Source: Lama glama
Lineage: Eukaryota
DNA length: 64,000 nucleotides
Assembly (NCBI GenBank): GCA_028534125.1
Contig: CM052818.1
Span: forward strand, 12,898,001 to 12,962,000
Direction of reading: 5' to 3'
Below the pieces are notes generated by a model, which saw only the letters and a program-made list of their open reading frames with translations, searched no databases and was not told the origin of the DNA. Each line of letters begins with the position of its first letter. The stretch's first letter is position 1. Both the position numbers and the translations under genes were made by a program. Of the stretch, positions 56,093-64,000 are shown in pieces.

Positions 56093-56985
56093 TGTTGGGC
56101 CCACTGACGTCCTTCAAAGTCCAGCGACCCCCATTCCTGGGCTCTCAGATAAAGTACATTCTTTACTGGAAGTGTTTCCCCTAACAAACTAACAGCCCCA
56201 GGTAATGCCTACCTTGCCAGAGGCAAACCCCACCGCCCTTCACGGATCCTAAACGTATTACCTCACCTACAGACAGAGACTTGTGCGCAAGACGATCAGG
56301 TACCTTGTGACCTGACCTTATAAAAGACCCCAATAACCGGCCTTCAGCGCTCACACAGGTGCCCCTCCCCCGTGTGGCCTGCTGTTGTCCATGACAGTGG
56401 TCCCCTACTAAATTCCTTTCTATTCTTGTACTTGTCAACTGAAATAAATGTGCAGCCTCAAAGTTGGGAGTTACGTTTTATTTGGCGGGAGGACTTGAGC
56501 CAGGATGACACCCCCTCAGATGGCTCTGAGGGACTGCTCTGAAGAGGTAGGGGAGGAGCCAGGATATATAGGAGCTTTACAACAAAGACCAGGTAGTTGG
56601 AACAATAAAAGATTGTTTGTTATCTAAAGAAAACCAGGCATCTCAAGTTACAGAATTTAGTGCCTTTCTATGTATGGGAGGAAGCAAACGTGGGCTCATT
56701 GAATTCATTCCTTTGACAAGCACCTAGCTATCTAGGGCCAGCAATCCTGTCCTTTCTTATTCTGAGTCCCCTCAGGGTGCACCATTGTGAGTGTCTGCAG
56801 AGGCTGGGCTGCAGGCCTGTCCTCACTAGGGGGTGGCAGCAGCCGCTGATGACTTGGTTTCAGCATTCTTTGTTTACTGATATGGTTGCAGTATTTTCGT
56901 TCACATACTTAACCTCTGGTAAATTCTTTTACCAACCCGCGTGTCACTGGCTCACTGACCGGCCACCCCATTGTGTCACACAACA
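56093..56985 (+). mobile_element. Solo LTR, family A copy 2, split by nested LTR
   Basis: TG...CA; perfect TSD TTGTG (56088-56092, 56986-56990); TATAAAA; homologous to 46820-47306. Confidence 0.9.
56433..56905 (-). mobile_element. ERV1-type solo LTR, family B copy 1 (nested)
   Basis: TG...CA; perfect TSD TACT (56429-56432, 56906-56909); reverse-complement homolog of 57383-57883. Confidence 0.92.
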
Positions 56986-57382
56986 TTGTGAACATCAGTT
57001 TAAACCACTGCATTTTTATCATTTCTTCACTTTGTACAAGGATTCCTCATGCCTCTCCAGCCTCAATCACAAGTTCAACTGTGAAAAGAAAAACACAAAT
57101 CCAGAAGCTGATGACTAATAAGGTAAGAGAGCACTTAACGTTAACATTTCTGTAGCAACATGCAAACATCTGCATCTTCTTGAATGTACACGCTGGCGCT
57201 CCCAAACACACACACAAATAAACAGTGCTATATAAAGTCATAATAGTAAGACTTTCATAAACAAAAAGACACATGGAAAAATGCATTCTTCATCTCTCTA
57301 AGTACCTGAAGAGCATATAAGACATTAAACAAACCTGGCTTTCCTCCTTGCACATTTTACAAATGTAGTTGTTGTTTTGGTG

Positions 57383-57883
57383 TGTAAACGAAAAATACTG
57401 CGAGCCGTATCAGTAAACAAAGAATGCTGAAGCCATCAAGTCATCAATGGCTGCCACCACCCACCAGTGAAGACAAGCCTGCAGCCCAGCCTCTGCAACC
57501 ACTCGCAATGATGCACCCTGAGGGGACTCAGAATAAGAAAGGACAGGATACTGGCCCTAGATAGCTAGATGCTTGTCAAAGGAATGAATTCAATCAACTC
57601 AAATGTTTGCTTCCTCCCATACACAGAAAAGCACTAAATTCTGTAACTTGAGATGCCTGGTTTTCTTTAGTTAACAAGTAATCTTTTAATGTTCCAACTA
57701 CCTAGTCTTTGTTGTAAAACTCCTATATATCCTGGCTCCTCCCCTACCTCTTCGGTGGAGCAGTCCCTCAGAGCGATCTGAGAGGCTGTCATCCCGGGCT
57801 CGAAGGGGTTTGAGTCCTCAGAAATGCCCGCCAAATGAAACATAACTCTCAACTTTTAGGCTGTGCATTTATTTCAGTCGACA
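57383..57883 (+). mobile_element. ERV1-type solo LTR, family B copy 2
   Basis: TG...CA; TSD tggtg/cggtg; TATATA box. Confidence 0.92.
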
Positions 57884-58316
57884 CGGTGCTAAGCCTTTAA
57901 AAAGTCAGTTCAGAGTAAGGATCTCTGTATCCTGAAGATAAGAATATAAATCATCTCTTAGAAAACAGTACAGTCCACTCAAATCTGTCAAGCTTATAGC
58001 ACATAAAGTTGTGCAAATGTGATTACCCTCCAGTTTCTCCACCTGAGAAATGCCTAGAGGTGTACTGGCTTATAATTTCAGACTCGTGAATGGTGTCATC
58101 TACTTCTAACATAGGAATATAGTTTCTGTAAGAATATAGTCTCTATACAGAAGAAAAAGACTGTCAACACTTGGAGTCTGATGGGGTGTTTTTGTTTTTT
58201 TCCAGGTAGTTTCACAGTAACTTAAATTTCAAAGCATAAATGATGTTTAAAGTGAAATGTTACATAATGTATTATTTAAAACTATATATATATATATAAT
58301 TTTATGTTTATGAAAA

Positions 58317-59639
58317 CATTTTTCCAAAGACACTTTGGGTTAAAAAAAAAACTCCATAAATTCTAAATTCTAAACCACATTCCTCTCATAAAATAAAGTT
58401 TCTTATTCTTACCATCTAACTTAAGTCACTATTTAAATGTATAGTTCTGTTAGAGCAGGCAGATAGCTAGAGAAAGGGGAACACAGACCAAATGGCAGGA
58501 ATTGGGCAGAAAGGAGGGGCCCAGGCCAAATGCAGGAAACCACACGTCATGTAAGCAGCAGGGATCCTTGGGCAGAGAAAGAAAAGCAGGAACCTTGGGG
58601 CTGATAAGGGATCATGCCTTTTGGGATGACAAGTGACCTGGAGAAGAACAAAGAAAGGTGAGAAAAGGCAGGAATTTCTAGTGTCCGAATGTAACCTTTT
58701 GCTCATTATGCCCTCATTTCAATAAAATTAGCCTTACAGATCAGACGTACCCATCATGCACCGATGGCATGACACTTCCGATCCAGACTAAATAAGGACA
58801 AAAATCCCTCCTCCCTTTGGGAAGGTGGAGTTGGGATGATAATCAGGGAATATGACCCCAAACCCTTCCCTCCCCAATGAATATTCCNNNNNNNNNNNNN
58901 NNNNNNNNNNNNNNNNNNNNNNNNNNNNNNNNNNNNNNNNNNNNNNNNNNNNNNNNNNNNNNNNNNNNNNNNNNNNNNNNNNNNNNNNNNNNNNNNNNNN
59001 NNNNNNNNNNNNNNNNNNNNNNNNNNNNNNNNNNNNNNNNNNNNNNNNNNNNNNNNNNNNNNNNNNNNNNNNNNNNNNNNNNNNNNNNNNNNNNNNNNNN
59101 NNNNNNNNNNNNNNNNNNNNNNNNNNNNNNNNNNNNNNNNNNNNNNNNNNNNNNNNNNNNNNNNNNNNNNNNNNNNNNNNNNNNNNNNNNNNNNNNNNNN
59201 NNNNNNNNNNNNNNNNNNNNNNNNNNNNNNNNNNNNNNNNNNNNNNNNNNNNNNNNNNNNNNNNNNNNNNNNNNNNNNNNNNNNNNNNNNNNNNNNNNNN
59301 NNNNNNNNNNNNNNNNNNNNNNNNNNNNNNNNNNNNNNNNNNNNNNNNNNNNNNNNNNNNNNNNNNNNNNNNNNNNNNNNNNNNNNNCTGCCCGCTCTCC
59401 CCTGAGAGTGTACTATCCATCCTTTAATAAATCTTCACTTTACCTTTTTCTAACCTCTAAGTCTTGTCTCTGAATTCTTTCTGGGATGGGACAAGAACCT
59501 GGAACACCAGTTGCATCTATCGGCAACAGTTCCCAACAGCCATTTCATATCACTGCTATAGACTAACTGAGAGGAATGTGGTTTAGAATTTAGAATTTAT
59601 GGAGTTTTTTTTTTAACCCAAAGTGTCTTTGGAAAAATG
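58317..59639. repeat. Perfect 72-bp inverted repeat (58317-58388 and 59568-59639)
   Basis: catttttccaaagacactttgggtt(a)10ctccataaattctaaattctaaaccacattcctctca and its exact reverse complement. Confidence 0.97.
58448..59528 (+). mobile_element. ERV1-type LTR element containing a 500-N gap (58888-59387)
   Basis: TG...CA; perfect TSD GTTC (58444-58447, 59529-59532); AATAAA near 59425. Confidence 0.85.
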
Positions 59640-59814
59640 CATACCAAGAATGAACTAAGATTTAAAAGTAAATTTATTTACAACATAGAAGTCATATAAG
59701 CTATGTGCAAACAGTCATCCTCATAATCAGAGTAGACTATTTCGTAATAGTACCCATTTCAGTGGTAGCAGATTGTCTTCTCCAGCAAAAATATATCCCC
59801 TATGTCTCATATAT

Positions 59815-60400
59815 TCATTCACTTGTATTCATTCAACTTAACATTTAATTTATCTCAATAATTATGCTAGGTTTCTACTAGAGGAAAAGCGACATAATAG
59901 CCAAATATAATTTGATGAATTTGAAAAGATAATGGCAAAATGTGTGAGAAGTTTTGGAGAAAAGAGAGAATGAGTTAACCTGTCCAGGTTGGGAATAGAG
60001 GGAACAGAGAAAAAACTTTAGGGAGGCTTTTAAGATGGATTATGAAAGCTTAGTAAGCATTACCCTATTAGAAAAGTAAAAGAAAGCATTATAGGTATAG
60101 ACAACAGCATGTGCAAAGACCAAAAGCACAGGAAACTCTGGGAAGAGCAATATTGTGAATGTGAATACACCGATTACAAAGGCAAGAGATAAGGTTGGAA
60201 AGATAGTATCAGATTGGGAAGCTCTTTGCATATCATGCTAAGGAGGGGACCTGTCAGGAGCTTGCTTATAGATGAATAGTGATAAGACCTTTATTTAAAT
60301 GTCACAGCCTGGACAGCAATGATATTGCAGTCAGAAGGACCAGGTTATTGTGATTATCTGACTGAATAGCACCAGAACCATAAACAAAGCAGAAGAGATT
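59815..60400 (-). mobile_element. L2 fragment
   Basis: tattcattcaacttaacattt...acaacagcatgtgcaaagac...tatcatgctaagg. Confidence 0.6.
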
Positions 60401-60694
60401 ATTGAGCGGGATAAAAAACTGCCTACAATTTGTAACCTATAGTATTTATGGTATTCCTGAAAGGACCTTGAGGCATTTGGATAAACCAGTCCACAAGAAG
60501 GGGTCACAAATATAACAGATTTACTTATTTTCTCACAGGCAAGCTGAGCTAATGGAGAGCCCGGGCTGATGGAGGGTCAATGGGTGGGGAAGGATATCGA
60601 ATCCTGAATGAATGTTACCAACAGGGAAGATGAAAGCTCTAAAGATGTAATTAACCATCATTGCAATTCTCGCACACACACAAAAACTTTACAC

Positions 60695-61690
60695 AAATTT
60701 TTATACTGCCTGTATTCATAATAAGATAAAACTGGGAACTATCCAAATGTCCTTGGAGTGATGAATGAACAAATAAACTGTAATACAACTAACTGTTGCA
60801 GAAAGATCAGCCCCAGTACCTGACAAGCCAAATAACCCAGAGACAAGGTCTTGGAGCTTAGAAGAAAAGAGGCAATTTTATTGCTTTGCTGGGCAAAGGG
60901 GACTCACAGCACGCTAGTACCTTCAAAACTGTGAACCACCTTGGATATGGGGTGGGGTGGTTACATAGCCATAGCTCAAACAATAAAGCATTGATAAGAA
61001 GCAACAGAATCATTTTCTCATCAGAAGACTTAGAATGGCAACATGATGTCTCCACGCGACCAATTCTACTGAGGCCAGCGGTTAGATCTCTTTATCTCGT
61101 AAGCACTCAAGGTGTCATCTTCTTGGTAATTCAGGCTATTTTGTAAGGTTACAGTCCTTGGAGAAGGACTCAGAGACCAAGCTTGATTATTACTTTCAAT
61201 TACTGGAATAAAGTAGAATCAATAAAATCAATAGCTTTAGTTTTAACAATAGGCCTGGAACTGTGAGTAGCAACCAATCAGTCAGGTCAGTTGACCCTTT
61301 TAAGGGCAAGCATAAGAATAAGCAGTCTGTTAGCCTAAGTGCAGCTTTTTATTAATCCTCCTTCACAACCATACAATGAATACTATTCAGCAATAGAATG
61401 GAACGAGATCCTTATATAAGCAACAATATGGATGATTCTCAAATACTTTGTGTGAAGTGAAACAAGCCAAATTCAAAGGACTAAATGTTATATGGTTCCA
61501 CTTAAATGAGATTCTGGAAAAGTCTAAACTATAGAGGTAGAAGAAGTGGTTGCCAGAAGGGGGTTTGGGAAAAAGAGCTGACTACCAACGGTCAGCACAC
61601 AGGAATTTTTGGCAATGATCAAGCTGTTCTTCGACTACGGTTGTTACATAACTTTATGCATTTGTAAATTATATCTCCATAAAAATGTGG
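60695..61690 (+). mobile_element. Old L1 3' end (L1MD/ME-like) split by an LTR
   Basis: aaaactgggaactatccaaatgtcc...|...catacaatgaatactattcagcaat...gtggttgccag. Confidence 0.75.
60794..61365 (-). mobile_element. ERV-type solo LTR nested in L1
   Basis: TG...CA; TSD taac/caac; antisense poly(A) signal near 60877. Confidence 0.75.
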
Positions 61691-62089
61691 AAAATAAAGT
61701 TTTAGATTTAAAAAAATTGTCATACATTCACTCAAAAGGATCTATTGTAAGTATGTTGGAAAATTGTGTTTCATAGAAAAAGGGTTTCCCTATGTTATTA
61801 AAAAAATTATTAACGTAATTTTGAAGGACTCTTTGATGACTATAATGTAAATCATTTAATGATATCTGCAGACTTCCATTTCTTTCATATTAAGAGTACC
61901 TTAAATTTTTAAATGAATGTTTACTGAGTAACAGCATTTCCTGAAGATATGCTCTCTTCTTCAAATTGTGTCCATGAACATTACAAGAAAATGCTCTATA
62001 CAAATGTGACAAGCATGTGGTAAGTATAAAAATGTTTTCTAAAGACTATGGAGGGGGATTACCATTTTAAAGTTTCAGAAATCAAACTG

Positions 62090-63965
62090 ATTTTTTAAAT
62101 TTTAATTTGTAAGTACTTTTAAAAATAAAAAGTTACAAAAATAACAAAAAATGTGTGTGTGTGCGTGTGTGTGAATGACTGCATTTGCTCAAATATTTAC
62201 ATCATTCAGGGCCAGAGTACAATAATAATAACCAAGGAAATTATATTAGTAAAATACTATTACCAAATCTAAAGACTTCTTTTAATTTTGCCAATTAATA
62301 ACTAATATCCTTTTCCTCTTCCAAAATGATCCAGGAAGACATGTATTTGTCATATCTTGTTAGTCTACTTTAATCTGAACTAATTCTTGATTCTTTCTTT
62401 GTCTTTCATGACCTTGATACATTTAAGGAGTACTGACCAATTATTTTGCAGAACGTCCCTCAATTTGGGTTTGTCTACTATTTTCTCATTATTGAATTTA
62501 GTTTACACATATTTTGTACAAGTATCAGGAAAGTGATGTGTGTCCTTCTCAGTGAATCATATTAGGAGACACATGATGTCAATTTATTTATCACTGGTAG
62601 CATCTTCCATCATTCTCCACTGTAAAGTAACAACTTTCCCACTGTATCTTATGGGAAAATACTTTGAGATTGTAAATATTCTCTCTCATTACTAATTTTA
62701 GCATTAATTGATGATTCTTGCCTGAAAACGTCCTATAGTGGTTTTCTATTTCTATTATTCCTTCTATGCTTATTACTTTGGATTAAATAATAATGAAGAT
62801 TTTTATCTTCCATTTATTTATCCATTTATTTATTCAATTATTTATGTATAATAGTAAGTGTCATCAATTCTTATTTTATTGTATGGATTACAATTCAGCC
62901 ACTGAGAGTCATCAAGTTGGCTCCGGTGTCTTTTTGATATATCTCAATCACTTTCTGAGCACTTCCTTACTTTCTGGCCCTACACTATGTTCCAGTCTCA
63001 TCACACAATGTCTCTGTTCCAGCCACAGAATCAGTCATTTCTCCAAGGAGCTCATTTCTTTTGTTGGAGATCAATATTTAGAAACCAAGATGTGGTTGAG
63101 AGGTGTGCTCATTTGTGCTTTTGTGCCATTGTTCCTAGAACCTTTCAGGGACAGAGCTAAGAAATATATACCGGGGCATATAGATCATGAGTTCATCTGA
63201 TTCCTCCAATTCTGATCCACTGATAATTGCCCAGCACTCAGAGCTAGGCCACGTTACTCTCCTGTTGAACATAAGCCATCTCACAGAATACCAATATCGG
63301 AAAAGGTTACTCTGAGACCATGACACAGTGAAACAAAACAAGACCACTTCATAATATTTCTCCTAACAGAGACAAAAACAAGGTCCCTGTGCTGCCCACC
63401 AAATACCAAATCTCTCCTAGCTGATAGAAGCGGCTGCTACTTCTTTTCCAATCACAGATTTATCCTCACTCTAGTCTGCCTTCCCTATAAATACAATTAA
63501 TAAGGTACCCAAAGATGGAAAGGGAGGAAAGCCTCCCTTTCTGACAGCATCCAATCTAGAGTGAACCCCCACTTCCTTCAACGTTCACTCAGTTCATCTC
63601 CAACAAATGCCCAAATCCTATGATAGTTCTTTCTAATATTCTCTGAGACACCCTATGGTTCCCTAAAGCGTGTTCTCCCTTACTGCAAGGAAAAAGAAAC
63701 CAAACTTGTCTATTATAGAAATGTTCCTGGTGGTCTTTGGCTGAAGGGCTCTGAGAGCAACAAGATTTATTCCAGCTCCTTCCTTCTCTCCTTAACTCTT
63801 CTTTCTTGGATAGTGAGAAATCTGGCTTTTATTATGCACAATGTATTTATTTATTTGCTTAACTCTAGAATACACACAAAAGAGCTTCAGAATTGCTTAC
63901 CTATACACTTATGAAAAACAATTCTACGAACTGGAGTTCAATATTTGTATACAGTTCTTTTTATC
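62090..63965 (-). mobile_element. L1MC-like 3' region split by an LTR
   Basis: ttgtctttcatgaccttgatac...ttattttgcagaacgtccctcaatttgggtttgtct...catttctccaaggagc...atttagaaaccaagat. Confidence 0.75.
63221..63756 (+). mobile_element. MER90-like ERV1 LTR
   Basis: gaacataagccatctcacagaatacc...ctgacagcatccaatc...tgttcctggtggtctttggctg. Confidence 0.75.
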
Positions 63966-64000
63966 TTTAGCCGTAAGAGTATATTCGTCAAAATGCTATT

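Noticed and set aside
46820..56985. Full-length provirus between family A LTRs
   Set aside because: Separate TSDs; no PBS, gag, pol or env seen; interior holds ancient L2/MIR/MLT.
58317..59639. MITE or foldback transposon with 72-bp TIRs
   Set aside because: No TSD outside the arms and no recognisable transposon end motif.
1..64000. CRISPR arrays, tRNA/rRNA genes, prokaryote-like operons
   Set aside because: None seen; the window is mammalian intronic and intergenic DNA.

Overview
AT-rich eutherian genomic DNA, mostly non-coding and rich in repeats. It is probably camelid or another cetartiodactyl: the young L1 3' UTRs resemble alpaca/camel L1s from memory, and I saw no Alu, B1, Bov-tA or PRE-type SINEs. 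There are three placeholder gaps of exactly 500 N, each inside a repeat. I found no intact protein-coding gene I can name. The only recognisable protein-like ORFs are decayed L1/HAL1 ORF1/ORF2 pieces. A CpG-rich promoter-like patch at ~45.5-46.1 kb (ETS and X-box-like motifs) splits the window. To its left lies what looks like the 5' part of a minus-strand gene, with candidate small exons and large L1s mostly on the + strand, i.e. antisense. To its right is a dense cluster of solo ERV LTRs, several nested, with readable target-site duplications (TSDs). The most unusual structures are a perfect 72-bp inverted repeat bracketing an LTR (58.3-59.6 kb), an inverted pair of same-family LTRs 477 bp apart, a perfect 44-bp palindrome, and a 3'-truncated L1 with a perfect 16-bp TSD. 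Repeat family names are from recall, not a database search. I do not see convincing evidence of a new biological system.
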